Source: Candidatus Woesearchaeota archaeon
Lineage (GTDB): Archaea; Nanobdellota; Nanobdellia; Pacearchaeales; GW2011-AR1
Assembly: GCA_964573625.1 (NCBI GenBank)
Contig: CAZNJU010000001.1
Coordinates: 513,050 to 577,049, forward strand
Reading direction: 5' to 3'
Length of the DNA: 64,000 nt
Part shown: positions 1-9,743 of the stretch, piece by piece
How positions within the stretch are numbered: position 1 is the stretch's first letter
Layout: every line of letters begins with the position of its first letter
The notes under the pieces: generated by a model
The model's database searches: none
The model's input: only the letters and a program-made list of their open reading frames with translations
Told to the model about the DNA's origin: nothing
Program-made: the position numbers and the translations under genes

Positions 1-655
1 TTCCAAGGGCCTTGATAAGTAATACGGCAGGAATATTCTTCAATCTGCTGAATGTAACGTCCAGAATGCCTTCAGTTGTCTCAGTGATGGTCGTAGGGAT
101 ACGATAGGTCCCGCGTTGCGAGAATAGTCTAACCATCAAGCCATTACGGCCTTCTTCAATAAATGGCTGATTTGATGCAAGATCTTCAGCCATAACCATG
201 ATACGCTCATTACCATTGATAATAAAGTATCCTCCTGGGTCAAGAGGGTCAATATAATGTTCAATAAGCTGATCCTTGCCCATACCATCAGTGCTACATT
301 TAGCGCTTCGAACCATAACGGGAATACGTCCTACTTCAACCTCTCCACTGTCAGTTTGTTCTCCGTACTTAACGGTAAGTTCTACAAATGTAGGAGCAGA
401 GTATGTTAAACTTCGAAGGCGAGCTTCAGTAGGAGTAATAAGACTAACGCTTCCATCAGCTTCAATAACGTCAGGTTTACCGACACGAATTTTTCCAAGA
501 GTCACTTCAACATCCTCTTTGTTAGTAGTCTCGTTCACTTCATTCACAATCTGCTGCATGCGATGGTTAATGAAATCGTTAAAGCTTCGGATGTTCGACT
601 CTACAAGTGAGTGCTGTTCAAGATACTTCTTTACTAGTAGATGTTTTTCCTTCAT
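1..655 (-). CDS. rpoB: DNA-directed RNA polymerase subunit B (N-terminal part; gene runs off the window start)
   Basis: Reverse-strand translation from the ATG at 655..653 gives MKEKHLLVKKYLEQHSLVESNIRSFNDFINHRMQQIV...GRIPVMVRSAKC...GGYFIINGNERIMV, with conserved Rpb2/RpoB N-terminal motifs. Its start codon overlaps the rpoH stop (TAATG). It is not in the ORF track because it is truncated by the window edge. Confidence 0.85.
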   Translation of the reverse strand, partial: MKEKHLLVKKYLEQHSLVESNIRSFNDFINHRMQQIVNEVNETTNKEDVEVTLGKIRVGKPDVIEADGSVSLITPTEARLRSLTYSAPTFVELTVKYGEQTDSGEVEVGRIPVMVRSAKCSTDGMGKDQLIEHYIDPLDPGGYFIINGNERIMVMAEDLASNQPFIEEGRNGLMVRLFSQRGTYRIPTTITETTEGILDVTFSRLKNIPAVLLIKALG

Positions 656-861
656 TAGCTGACAACTCGGTAATATAAGCGAGATTCACCATCCATTGTT
701 CGTTGGATTTTGATAACGTCTCCACGTTGACATCCCTCAGGGACGGACAAATCGGTTGATTTTATTTTAGGCAATTGAGAAACAGATATGTTAAACTCGG
801 TCATTAATGATTTAACCTCTTCTGGTTTTAACTTTGTGTGTTTTGGCTGTAATACGTGCAT
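655..861 (-). CDS. rpoH: DNA-directed RNA polymerase subunit H (Rpb5-like)
   Basis: The 68-aa ORF MHVLQPKHTKLKPEEVKSLMTEFNISVSQLPKIK...GDVIKIQR...YRVV matches the archaeal RpoH pattern (HxLVPKHE...LPKI...GDVVR...YRLV). It sits directly upstream of rpoB, as in the archaeal rpoH-rpoB operon. Confidence 0.85.
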   Translation of the reverse strand: MHVLQPKHTKLKPEEVKSLMTEFNISVSQLPKIKSTDLSVPEGCQRGDVIKIQRTMDGESRLYYRVVS

Positions 862-974
862 GGTGATAGTCGGTAAAACGCTGAACGTGACCGGAGATTA
901 TGAGGAGTATAAAATACCCTTTTTAAATGTTTCGTACAAACCTCTATTCTCTTGTCCTTCAGCAGTTAAACAAA

Positions 975-1049
975 TGGCCCCGACGGGATTTGAACCCGCG
1001 ACACCTGGCTTAAAAGGCCAGTACTCTAACCGGACTGAGCTACGAGGCC
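975..1049 (-). tRNA. tRNA-Lys (anticodon TTT)
   Basis: Reverse complement GGCCTCGTAGCTCAGTCCGGTTAGAGTACTGGCCTTTTAAGCCAGGTGTCGCGGGTTCAAATCCCGTCGGGGCCA folds as a cloverleaf. It has a 7-bp acceptor stem, an anticodon stem CTGGC/GCCAG with loop CTTTTAA (anticodon TTT) and a T-loop TTCAAAT. CCA is not encoded. Confidence 0.85.
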
Positions 1050-1164
1050 GTACAAAACTAGAATCTAGATGATTTTTAAATGCTTTTATCAGCCCGTATG
1101 TGAAAAATTGATAGTTATTTCAAAGGGCAACAATTTTTATAAAGCTCTTACACGCACTGTCAGT

Positions 1165-1584
1165 ATGAGAAAAGGTCTAAGTTATATTCTTTCTACAGGA
1201 ATGCTTGCTTCGACAGCCGGATGTGGAATGTTTGGCGGTAAGAGTGAGATTGCTCATCAATATACCTTTGATACAGATGTAAAGACGAGACGTATAGAAG
1301 TAAGATACGAATCAAAGCAAGCTGAAAATGATATTCAAGTCGGACTCGTATATCGCCACGGTTTAGATGAAGATAAGGGCGCACCTATTACTGATGTAGA
1401 ATCAGACAAGTTTTTCACAGAACATTTTGTCAGAGCAAACACAGATGGTAAATTGTATATTTCAGAAAAGGATGCAGAAAACTTTAGAACAGAATCTTTT
1501 AAGTCATACCAGGAAAAAAGACTTTCTCAGAAAGAATTCAGAAGCATGAATTCAAGATCAAGTGAAGTTATAAGAGATAGATAA
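1165..1584 (+). CDS. putative lipoprotein (signal peptide with lipobox-like LASTAGC)
   Basis: The ORF track lists 1069..1584. An internal Met at 1165 begins MRKGLSYILSTGMLASTAGCG, a signal peptide with a lipobox-like Cys. The rest is hydrophilic. Confidence 0.45.
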   Translation: MRKGLSYILSTGMLASTAGCGMFGGKSEIAHQYTFDTDVKTRRIEVRYESKQAENDIQVGLVYRHGLDEDKGAPITDVESDKFFTEHFVRANTDGKLYISEKDAENFRTESFKSYQEKRLSQKEFRSMNSRSSEVIRDR

Positions 1585-1602
1585 TTTTTATTTTAAACTA
1601 AT

Positions 1603-1917
1603 TTAAGCAAAAGCTTCTTTTGTCTTTTTCTCAATCATCTCAGCGTTCATTGCTCCGGTATGACGATCAACCATTTCGCCATCTTTAAAGAAAATTGTCG
1701 TCGGTATTGACATAACTTCGAACTGACTCGCAAGTTCATATTCTTCATCAACATTTACCTTTGCGAACTTCACACTTGTGGCTTTCTCAGCTGCCTTTTT
1801 GAAATGGGGTTCCATCATTTTACATGGTCCACACCATTCAGCCCAGAAATCAACTACTACATTTCCTTTTGACGTGAATGCTGAGAAGTCCTTTTCTTTT
1901 AACTCTTTTATCGTCAT
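1603..1917 (-). CDS. trxA: thioredoxin
   Basis: 104 aa with a WCGPC active-site motif and a thioredoxin-length fold. Confidence 0.85.
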   Translation of the reverse strand: MTIKELKEKDFSAFTSKGNVVVDFWAEWCGPCKMMEPHFKKAAEKATSVKFAKVNVDEEYELASQFEVMSIPTTIFFKDGEMVDRHTGAMNAEMIEKKTKEAFA

Positions 1918-1951
1918 TATGTGAATTATAACGTTTAATTAATAAATGTTT

Positions 1952-3787
1952 TCATATCTTGCCAAGTTTTTTCGCAAGTTTTTCTGCATCGTCGAGTCTT
2001 TTTTCTATTTCTTTCAAGCCTTCCTGCCAAAATTTCTTTTCGTTAATATCAATTCCAACTCTCTTGAATAAATTTTTTGGTGAGTCAGAACAACCAGATG
2101 AAAACACATCTTTAACTTGAGAGATAAATGCCGGGTTTTCAGTAACTCTCTTTTGGAGCGCCTTAGCTATTAGAAGTCCGGAAGCATATGAATAAACATA
2201 GAAGTAGTTGCGTATATGGCTCCAATAAACCCACCAATTTTCTGATCCAGGAGATTGTTCAACAGCATTTCCCATATAGGCTTCCATATTCTTTGTGAAT
2301 ATTTCCCCGATTTCTTTCATAGAGAGATATCCTTTTTCCTTGAAAGTTGAATGTATTTCCTGTTCAAATAAATAACAGGCGACCTGTCTAAATATAGTGC
2401 TTATATCATCTCCAAGTGAAGAAACGAGCAACGCGAGACGCGTATCTTCATCAGATTTTCTTAAAAGTTCATCGAAAACAAAGTCTTCCATAAAAGTACT
2501 AGCCACTTCTGACGTCGATACGGGAGTGTTAAAATTCAGCGCGTTCTGTTTTTTCGATAATTCTGAATTTATTGCATGTCCAAACTCGTGAGCTATTGTC
2601 GTAATATCGCGCAATTTATTAGTATAATTAAGGCAGACATATGTTGGGAAAGCAGGTCCCCACCAAACGCAAAATGCTCCTCCACGCTTTCCTTTCCTTG
2701 GGAACGCGTCTACCTGTCCTTTCTTTAGAAATTCATCAAAAACATTAGAGAAGTAAGGATCAACTTTATTGAAGACATTTCTTACGAGTTCAACAGATTC
2801 TTCAAATGTATACGAGTCATTTATTTTCCCATATTGTACATTGCGTTCATGATATGCAAGTCGCGGGAGTTTCAACAATTTTGCCTTAAATGCATAATAT
2901 TTCTTAGACACGTGAAAGAAATCACTAACACTTTTGACTAACGTGTCAACAACTTCCGTCTCCATATCATCACCTATATGACGATGAGTATCTGGGCGAG
3001 GATAGTTCCGTAAATCGTCATTTATTTTCCTGTTCTCCATAACTGAATTCATCTCAGCCTCGGCAACTTCAACATGTTTTTTCAAAATATCATTGAAAGC
3101 TTGCACTGCAGAATCTCTTATTTTTTTGTTAGAATCGCTCAATAACGTCGTAATCTCAGAAAAGTTTTTATTTTTCATCGTTCCGTCACTATCAAGCACT
3201 GGTCTTTCTTCTTTTGACAAAAATCCAGAAACCATTCGAGTCCAATTCTGATAAGATGTAGAACTCTTCATAGTCATTATTTTTTCTTCATTCTCACTGA
3301 GCGTGTGTTTTCCAACTATGAAAACTCTCTCAAGAAAATGTCGATAATTCACAAGTTGAGAATCTGTAAGAAATATTTTTTGGTAATTTTCTTTAATTTT
3401 AGACAAATTAATTGTGAAAAAATTAATTTCTGTGAATATTTTTTTATACGCTTCTTCAACTTTTTTCCTCTTAGCTTTTAGATCAGTATCCATATCATTT
3501 TCCTGACCTCGCAACCAAAAGTAATATCCTTCTTTTCCACCGTCAGAATAAGCGCGTTCTAGTTTTTCATATTCATCAAGCGCTTCTTTAAGTATACGAG
3601 GATCGCGTAAATAATCGTCTCGAGGTTTCCATTTAGCTATGAACGTTTTAGTGGCTTTCTCAGCTTTCTCACGTTCTTTTTTAATGGAAGAATCATCATC
3701 GCTTTTGAAAAAAGGAGATAAATCCCATTCAGTTTTCACAACCATACGTCGAATAAGGTTAAAACCTTTATAAAGAAACGTATACAA
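1952..3787 (-). CDS. pepF: oligoendopeptidase F (M3B family metallopeptidase)
   Basis: 611 aa with the HEFGH zinc-binding motif (IAHEFGHAINSE) and M3-type architecture. Confidence 0.75.
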   Translation of the reverse strand: MYTFLYKGFNLIRRMVVKTEWDLSPFFKSDDDSSIKKEREKAEKATKTFIAKWKPRDDYLRDPRILKEALDEYEKLERAYSDGGKEGYYFWLRGQENDMDTDLKAKRKKVEEAYKKIFTEINFFTINLSKIKENYQKIFLTDSQLVNYRHFLERVFIVGKHTLSENEEKIMTMKSSTSYQNWTRMVSGFLSKEERPVLDSDGTMKNKNFSEITTLLSDSNKKIRDSAVQAFNDILKKHVEVAEAEMNSVMENRKINDDLRNYPRPDTHRHIGDDMETEVVDTLVKSVSDFFHVSKKYYAFKAKLLKLPRLAYHERNVQYGKINDSYTFEESVELVRNVFNKVDPYFSNVFDEFLKKGQVDAFPRKGKRGGAFCVWWGPAFPTYVCLNYTNKLRDITTIAHEFGHAINSELSKKQNALNFNTPVSTSEVASTFMEDFVFDELLRKSDEDTRLALLVSSLGDDISTIFRQVACYLFEQEIHSTFKEKGYLSMKEIGEIFTKNMEAYMGNAVEQSPGSENWWVYWSHIRNYFYVYSYASGLLIAKALQKRVTENPAFISQVKDVFSSGCSDSPKNLFKRVGIDINEKKFWQEGLKEIEKRLDDAEKLAKKLGKI

Positions 3788-3795
3788 AGAAATAT

Positions 3796-4662
3796 ATGAA
3801 GCGCGTTCTCATCATTATTCTCTCTCTTCTCATAGTAATAGGCGTTGTGCAATTACTGTTCCAAAGCAAACCCTCTTCAGCCCAATCAATCGAACTTTCG
3901 CACGGAGCTATTGCATACGATCAATATGGAAACGGTTCACGAATTATCATACTGATTCATGGAAGTCCTGGCACAAGCAAGGAAGATTTTTCAGTGCTTG
4001 GACCAGCAATATCTCCTAGATATACCGTTTATGCACTCAACATGTACGGATTCGCCAATTCAGCATCATACGTGAGAGACTACAGCATACAATCCTCAGC
4101 AGAAACTGTTCGGGAGTTTATGGATGCAAAAAATATCTCTGAGGCAGTCATACTAGGTTATTCGTGGGGTGGCGGAGTCGCTATAGAATTCGCCCATGCC
4201 TATCCATCCAAAACTGCAGGATTAATTTCTCTTTCGGGCATGGGAATACAAGAAGGAGAAATCACTGGCACGTATTGGGGAGAAAAAATACGCTCTTCAG
4301 TCGCACTACCTTTCGTTTTAATCTATCCAGGAGTATTTGCAGGAAGTTTTGAATCTCGTTATGGTTTTATGCGAAGTTTTCTTGACTCCGATCAACGACC
4401 ATTGCGTGAATATCTTTCAGAAATCGACGTCCCTACGTTGATTCTTCAAGGTGATACTGACTACGTAATCGCGCCATGGGTAGGGGAAGAACATGCTCGT
4501 CTCATTAAAAAAAGCAATCTTGTCTATTATCACGGAAATCATCACACGGTTTACACAAACGTGAGTGAAATTGCGCCAGCCATCAATGAATTTCTTATGC
4601 AACTTGATCGTTCTGAAACTCAAGCTCACGTCAATCTATTCATTGAAGGGAGTTCAGCATGA
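3796..4662 (+). CDS. secreted alpha/beta-fold hydrolase
   Basis: 288 aa with an N-terminal signal/TM segment, the GxSxG nucleophile elbow GYSWGGG, and HGSPG near the N-terminus. Confidence 0.6.
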   Translation: MKRVLIIILSLLIVIGVVQLLFQSKPSSAQSIELSHGAIAYDQYGNGSRIIILIHGSPGTSKEDFSVLGPAISPRYTVYALNMYGFANSASYVRDYSIQSSAETVREFMDAKNISEAVILGYSWGGGVAIEFAHAYPSKTAGLISLSGMGIQEGEITGTYWGEKIRSSVALPFVLIYPGVFAGSFESRYGFMRSFLDSDQRPLREYLSEIDVPTLILQGDTDYVIAPWVGEEHARLIKKSNLVYYHGNHHTVYTNVSEIAPAINEFLMQLDRSETQAHVNLFIEGSSA

Positions 4663-5000
4663 ATCGCTCACATATCGTAAAAGATGTAATCATTGCTCTT
4701 GGAATTTGGTGGGCTCTTGCCATCGGTCTCGGGACGTTGCAATTATACGGTTCATACAGACAAATATACATAATTCCCGTCGGAATAGCACTCATGGCGC
4801 TCGTATTTGTAGCCCACGCAACACTTGCACAATTTTATCCAAAACGAGCAGTCACAAAATATATTCTAGGCGCATATATAGCCACATTCTTCATACCGTT
4901 AGTCATGCAGTTCGTAGGTTTGCGCCAGCCAGGTATCGATACAATCATAGTTGCATTATTCGGATTGTTTTTCTTTATTCTATCCTACGAAGAAAAGTAA
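4659..5000 (+). CDS. small integral membrane protein
   Basis: 113 aa with three predicted TM helices. Its start overlaps the upstream stop (ATGA). Confidence 0.45.
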   Translation: MNRSHIVKDVIIALGIWWALAIGLGTLQLYGSYRQIYIIPVGIALMALVFVAHATLAQFYPKRAVTKYILGAYIATFFIPLVMQFVGLRQPGIDTIIVALFGLFFFILSYEEK

Positions 5001-5705
5001 TCATTTCTTAACAGGTGGAAAACCATTTCGCGCTCCCCATGTAAACGGAGATGTTCGCCAATCAGCAAGCATATCTGCTTGCTCTTGATCAATATATCTT
5101 TTTGATTGAGCGACATCAAGAAGAGTATTATATCCAAGAAGCGAAGTTGGTACACAAGAATGATCTAAACATCGATTTCCATCAAACGGTACTCTGCCTT
5201 CAAACATGTTTCTTGCTTCTACAAATCCGTAATTGAATATAGAAAAACAATTTACAATATTACCTTCAGCATCACGTATGGCTTGCACTGCTTTGACAGA
5301 ACTTCCTCCCGTAGAAACAAGATCTTCAATAAGGGAAACTTGCTTATGTTCAAGCGTTTTATCAGCCGCAATACCCTCAATCTGATTTTTTAGACCATGT
5401 TCCTTCGGCTTATCTCTTACGTAAATCATAGGCAACTTAAGCCTATCAGCGACGAAAGAAGCCCAGGGGATTCCAGCAGTAGATGTTCCAGCGACTACTT
5501 CTGACTTGCTTAAAGATACTTTTTCAACAAGTCGCTTAATAATATGTTCACGTGCATCTTCATGCCCTAAAAATAATCGATTATCATTGTAAATAGGCAT
5601 GTAATATCCTGAAGCCCATAAAAAGGGTTGAAGAGGGTTAACTTTTATTGCTCCAATGCGAAGAGCATGAACTGCCAATTCTTCTGCACATCGTTCTTCA
5701 TTCAT
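5001..5705 (-). CDS. pyrE: orotate phosphoribosyltransferase-like (type I PRTase)
   Basis: 234 aa with a PRPP-binding motif VSLIEDLVSTGGS and an OPRT-like N-terminal region (ASGYYMPIY resembles SGxxSPYYxD). Confidence 0.55.
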   Translation of the reverse strand: MNEERCAEELAVHALRIGAIKVNPLQPFLWASGYYMPIYNDNRLFLGHEDAREHIIKRLVEKVSLSKSEVVAGTSTAGIPWASFVADRLKLPMIYVRDKPKEHGLKNQIEGIAADKTLEHKQVSLIEDLVSTGGSSVKAVQAIRDAEGNIVNCFSIFNYGFVEARNMFEGRVPFDGNRCLDHSCVPTSLLGYNTLLDVAQSKRYIDQEQADMLADWRTSPFTWGARNGFPPVKK

Positions 5706-5729
5706 AATATCTTTCCAACAAAAGAGTAG

Positions 5730-8591
5730 TTATTCCCCGCAACCACTACGAGAGGTGTTATTACAGCTTGTGCACTTAATTGCACAGTTACCAATTCGCT
5801 TTGCTGTTCCACCACAGATAGGGCAGAGAATACCTTCATTACCAAACTCTTTAATTGTCTTCTGCTGATCAAGAGTTGGCTGTTCCAGTGTCTCTATTTC
5901 GAACTCTATCTTTCCTTTACCTTCGCCAAACTGATTAAGCATAAATTGCGAAACATAGTCGACAATGGAGGATGCACTTCGTATCTTAGGAGATAGCTCA
6001 TCAAGTTCTCCCGCATTTGCGTTGCGTACAAATCCAGCAGGTTCAAATTTATGATGTCTGAACTTGTCGAAGAGCACTTCAACAGGGAGACCATACTGGA
6101 GGTTAAGTGAAACGGACATTGCCCACGCATCCATTAAACCTCGGATAGTCGATCCTTGCTTATGCATAGTTACGAATATTTCTCCAGGTTTACCATTATC
6201 ATACAATCCGATGGTCAAGTAACCTTCATGCCCTGCAATATCAAACTTATGCGTAACTGACTTACGTGTCTGAGGGAGTCGCAACCGTTCTCCTGAACGA
6301 GGGGCCTTTTCTTTCTTGACCATTTCTCCTTCAGTCTTCTGTGTATTAAGTGGCTGGCTTCGCTTACTATTTTCACGATAGATAGCTACTGCTTTCAATC
6401 CCTGTTCCCATCCGAATATGTATGTCTCAGCAATCTCACTTGCAGTAGTATGTTCAGGCATATTTACTGTCTTACTGATTGCTCCAGAGATGAACGGTTG
6501 TGAAACGCCCATCATCTTAATATGGCCTTTGTGATGAATGAAGCGCTTTCCTTTAGCAGCCTTAAAGGCACAGTCAAATACAGCTAAATGTTCGTCTTTC
6601 AAACCAGGCGCACCTTCAATGGTATCATTCTTATCGACAAAAGAAATAATCTCTTGAATAGCTGCCTCATCATATCCCAGATTTTTTAGAGCAAGTGGAA
6701 CTGAACGATTAACTATCTTAAGCATTCCTCCACCTGAAAGCACTTTATACTTGACAAGAGCAATATCCGGTTCAATACCTGTGGTATCACAATCCATCAT
6801 AAACGCAATCGTTCCGGTAGGTGCAAGAACAGTAGCTTGGGAATTTCGATATCCATGTTTCTCTCCAAGATCGACAGCCTCACTCCAACAATCCCATGCA
6901 TCATTAGCAAGGTATCGTAAATCATTAGGCATCTTGTTGACTTCTATTTTCTTCACAGAATCTCGATGCATGCGCATAACTTCAAGCATTGATTCTTTGT
7001 TCTGAGCATATCCTGGGAACGGACCGACTGCACGAGCTATTTCAGCGGACGCTCTGTACGCCTCACCACACATAATCGCGGTAATTGCGGCAGCAACTGC
7101 TCGTCCTTCATCAGAGTCGTACGGCAATCCAATGCTCATAAGCAATGCACCTAAATTAGCATATCCTAGTCCAAGTGGTCGATAGTCATGAGAATTGCGG
7201 GCAATTTTCTGTGTTGGGTAGCTAGAACCATCTACAGCCAGATCCATAGCGATAATGAACGAGCGGACGACTTTCTTGAATCGTTCAACATCAAATTTAC
7301 CTTCATCAGTTCTAAATTTCATCAGATTGATTGAAGCAAGGTTACACGCACTATCATCCAAGAACATATACTCACTACATGGGTTGGACGCGTTAATTCT
7401 TCCTGAAGCCTTACATGTGTGCCATTTATTGATAATAGTATCAAATTGCATTCCAGGATCTCCGCAAATGTGTGTACCTTCAGCTATCTTGTTAAGTACC
7501 TCTCGCGCCTTAAGCGTCTGACATATTTCTTTCGTAGAAACCATGTGCGTTTGCCATTCACCATCGCGTTTTACAGATTCCATAAATTCATCAGGAACTC
7601 GAACTGACATATTACAATTCTGGAAGAAGATACTTCCATAAGCCTCTCCATTCATACCGCCCTGGTACCCTTGCTCAATAAGTGCCCATGCCTTCTTCTC
7701 TTCTTTCTGCTTTGATTCTATAAATTCAACAATATCAGGGTGATCGACGTTCAATATTTCCATCTTAGCAGCACGTCTTGTCTTTCCGCCTGATTTTATA
7801 ATTCCCGCGTAGGCATCGTATCCTCGCATGAAAGATACCGGTCCAGAAGGTCTTCCTCCTCCTGTCAATCGCTCATGAGTGCTACGTAAGGGAGAACGAT
7901 TAGTACCTGTACCTGATCCTGCTTTGAACAAAAGCGCTTCGGCAAGTTGTACCTGAAGAATAGATTCCATATTATCTTCAATACTTTGAATGAAACACGC
8001 AGAACACTGAGGCCTATCATCAGTCTTATCAGTGTGTATTACCGTGTCTGTTGCCGCATCCCATTTCCAGGCAGATACTCCGCCCGCATTACGATCATAC
8101 TCTTGAATGCCTGCATTAAACCAGACAGGTGAATTAAACACACATAACTGATTAAGACAAATAGAAGCAATTTCATCACGTAGAATCGCGCTACGTTCAG
8201 CATCCATATACCCTTGCTTGAGTGCCTGACGTCCAATAAATCGAGCTACACGTCCTACAAGCTGTTCTATTGAGCTTTCACGTTCGCCTTTAGCTTGATT
8301 ACCCCAGAAATATTTACTTGCAACAACTTTGATAGCAAGAGGTGACCAGAATTCGGGTCGTCGGACATTTGGCTGGACGAAAATGACCTTGCCCATGTCA
8401 TCACTCACTTTAACTTCCTCGCTCACCCAGCGGATAGGATTTCCATATATATCAAACTCAAATGGGCTCTTACCTTTCTGTGTAAAGAAATGATCCATGT
8501 TCAGACCAGACATAGGGAGAATATGTTTAGAATCAAATGTTCCACCAGCGGTAATATCGTCCTGTGCTCTTTTTGGTGTTTCCTTTTCCAT
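5730..8591 (-). CDS. nrdJ: ribonucleoside-triphosphate/diphosphate reductase, class II (adenosylcobalamin-dependent)
   Basis: 953 aa with class II RNR length and catalytic-core motifs, and a C-terminal Cys-rich zinc-ribbon tail (CPICGG...CTSCNN). It is translationally coupled to nrdR (shared base at 8591). Confidence 0.85.
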   Translation of the reverse strand: MEKETPKRAQDDITAGGTFDSKHILPMSGLNMDHFFTQKGKSPFEFDIYGNPIRWVSEEVKVSDDMGKVIFVQPNVRRPEFWSPLAIKVVASKYFWGNQAKGERESSIEQLVGRVARFIGRQALKQGYMDAERSAILRDEIASICLNQLCVFNSPVWFNAGIQEYDRNAGGVSAWKWDAATDTVIHTDKTDDRPQCSACFIQSIEDNMESILQVQLAEALLFKAGSGTGTNRSPLRSTHERLTGGGRPSGPVSFMRGYDAYAGIIKSGGKTRRAAKMEILNVDHPDIVEFIESKQKEEKKAWALIEQGYQGGMNGEAYGSIFFQNCNMSVRVPDEFMESVKRDGEWQTHMVSTKEICQTLKAREVLNKIAEGTHICGDPGMQFDTIINKWHTCKASGRINASNPCSEYMFLDDSACNLASINLMKFRTDEGKFDVERFKKVVRSFIIAMDLAVDGSSYPTQKIARNSHDYRPLGLGYANLGALLMSIGLPYDSDEGRAVAAAITAIMCGEAYRASAEIARAVGPFPGYAQNKESMLEVMRMHRDSVKKIEVNKMPNDLRYLANDAWDCWSEAVDLGEKHGYRNSQATVLAPTGTIAFMMDCDTTGIEPDIALVKYKVLSGGGMLKIVNRSVPLALKNLGYDEAAIQEIISFVDKNDTIEGAPGLKDEHLAVFDCAFKAAKGKRFIHHKGHIKMMGVSQPFISGAISKTVNMPEHTTASEIAETYIFGWEQGLKAVAIYRENSKRSQPLNTQKTEGEMVKKEKAPRSGERLRLPQTRKSVTHKFDIAGHEGYLTIGLYDNGKPGEIFVTMHKQGSTIRGLMDAWAMSVSLNLQYGLPVEVLFDKFRHHKFEPAGFVRNANAGELDELSPKIRSASSIVDYVSQFMLNQFGEGKGKIEFEIETLEQPTLDQQKTIKEFGNEGILCPICGGTAKRIGNCAIKCTSCNNTSRSGCGE

Positions 8592-9031
8592 TATCTTAGT
8601 AACTCCTTTATCTCCTTCTTGAAGTCAGATATGTCCGTGAAGTCACGATACACGGATGCAAACCTGATGTATGCTACTTTATCAATCTTTTTAAGTTCAT
8701 TAGATACTAAACCACCTATATCAGAAGTATTAATCTCTTTCCCCTTTTTTCTTATCTTTTCTTCAATGCGTGTTATCATCTTTTCGATTTGTTCATCACT
8801 AACAGGTCGTTTTTCACATGCCTTAACTATTCCTGTTTTGACTTTATTCCTATCAAAAGGTTCTCTGCGACCGTTTTTCTTCACAACTTTGATTTCGCTC
8901 CACTCCACAGTTTCGCGAGTTGAAAATCTCTTACCGCACTTCAGGCATTCACGCCTTCTTCGGGTGATTCCATCAGCGTCTCTCTTATCATTCACCTTTG
9001 TATCGGTGGAAAGACAAAACGGGCAGTGCAT
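8591..9031 (-). CDS. nrdR: transcriptional repressor NrdR
   Basis: 146 aa. The N-terminal zinc ribbon MHCPFCLSTDTKVNDKRDADGITRRRRECLKCGKRFSTRE is followed by an ATP-cone region. It lies upstream of, and overlaps, the RNR gene. Confidence 0.85.
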   Translation of the reverse strand: MHCPFCLSTDTKVNDKRDADGITRRRRECLKCGKRFSTRETVEWSEIKVVKKNGRREPFDRNKVKTGIVKACEKRPVSDEQIEKMITRIEEKIRKKGKEINTSDIGGLVSNELKKIDKVAYIRFASVYRDFTDISDFKKEIKELLR

Positions 9032-9049
9032 GTAACCTCTTTGGAATTA

Positions 9050-9065
9050 CCACAACATCTTGTGT
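9050..9065. promoter_or_regulatory. NrdR box 1 (16-bp palindromic operator)
   Basis: cCACAACATCTTGTGt is an inverted repeat CACAA-N4-TTGTG matching the NrdR-box consensus acaCwAtATaTwGtgt. It lies 19 bp upstream of the nrdR start. Confidence 0.6.
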
Positions 9066-9080
9066 TTCTCTTGCGAAACA

Positions 9081-9096
9081 ACACAACATCTTGTGG
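9081..9096. promoter_or_regulatory. NrdR box 2
   Basis: ACACAACATCTTGTGg is a second near-identical copy. Its centre is 31 bp from box 1 (about three helical turns), as in canonical tandem NrdR operators. Confidence 0.6.
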
Positions 9097-9258
9097 TTAT
9101 TAGTATCTATATTTTCTCTGAGTATTTAAATATTTATGTAATTTTTTGGATAATATTTTTTATTTATAAATAGAAAATAAAATTGTAGGAAATTTTTTTA
9201 TTAAAGAGAACTTTAACACAATCATAACCTTTAATAAAGAAACATTCTCTTAATAGAT

Positions 9259-9516
9259 ATGGCAGATACTCTTACAACACTCGCTGCATCATTTGGCATT
9301 CCGCTCTGGCTTCTAGTGATTGTTTTTGCTTGGACTCTGTTCTGGAAAGGTCTTGCTCTCTGGAAATCAGCACGAAATAATCATTCCGTATGGTTTGTCA
9401 TCCTGCTTGTTGTTCAAACATTCGGTATTGTTGAAATTCTCTACGTGTTTCTCTTCTCGAAAATTTCTTTCAAGGAATTTGAGTCTACCTCTAAAAGTAA
9501 AAAGAGAAAGAGATAA
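9259..9516 (+). CDS. small membrane protein
   Basis: 85 aa with two TM helices and a Lys-rich C-terminus. It is divergent from nrdR across an AT-rich intergenic region. Confidence 0.45.
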   Translation: MADTLTTLAASFGIPLWLLVIVFAWTLFWKGLALWKSARNNHSVWFVILLVVQTFGIVEILYVFLFSKISFKEFESTSKSKKRKR

Positions 9517-9743
9517 TGCAAACTCAATTCAAACGACATCAATCAGTACGTTTACTCGCTGACCCTCGTGAAGAGGACGTAGAATTTTACATAGATCCTC
9601 CTGTACCCATTACAAAGGGAACTATCGGGACGGTAAATATAATCCTTCCAAATGGGCGATACCATATCCGTATTTCTGACAAAAAAGGAAATGAAATAGC
9701 ATACGTTGCTATGGATGAAGAACAACTAGAACCTGTTAATTAG
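9516..9743 (+). CDS. hypothetical protein
   Basis: 75-aa ORF translationally coupled (ATGA-type overlap) to the upstream ORF. Confidence 0.4.
   Translation: MQTQFKRHQSVRLLADPREEDVEFYIDPPVPITKGTIGTVNIILPNGRYHIRISDKKGNEIAYVAMDEEQLEPVN

Noticed and set aside
276-662. 128-aa plus-strand ORF
   Set aside because: It is antisense to the well-supported rpoB N-terminal coding region, i.e. a shadow ORF.
8490-9035. 181-aa plus-strand ORF
   Set aside because: It is entirely antisense to nrdR and the 5' end of nrdJ, with a low-complexity Ser/Phe/Leu-rich translation, i.e. a shadow ORF.
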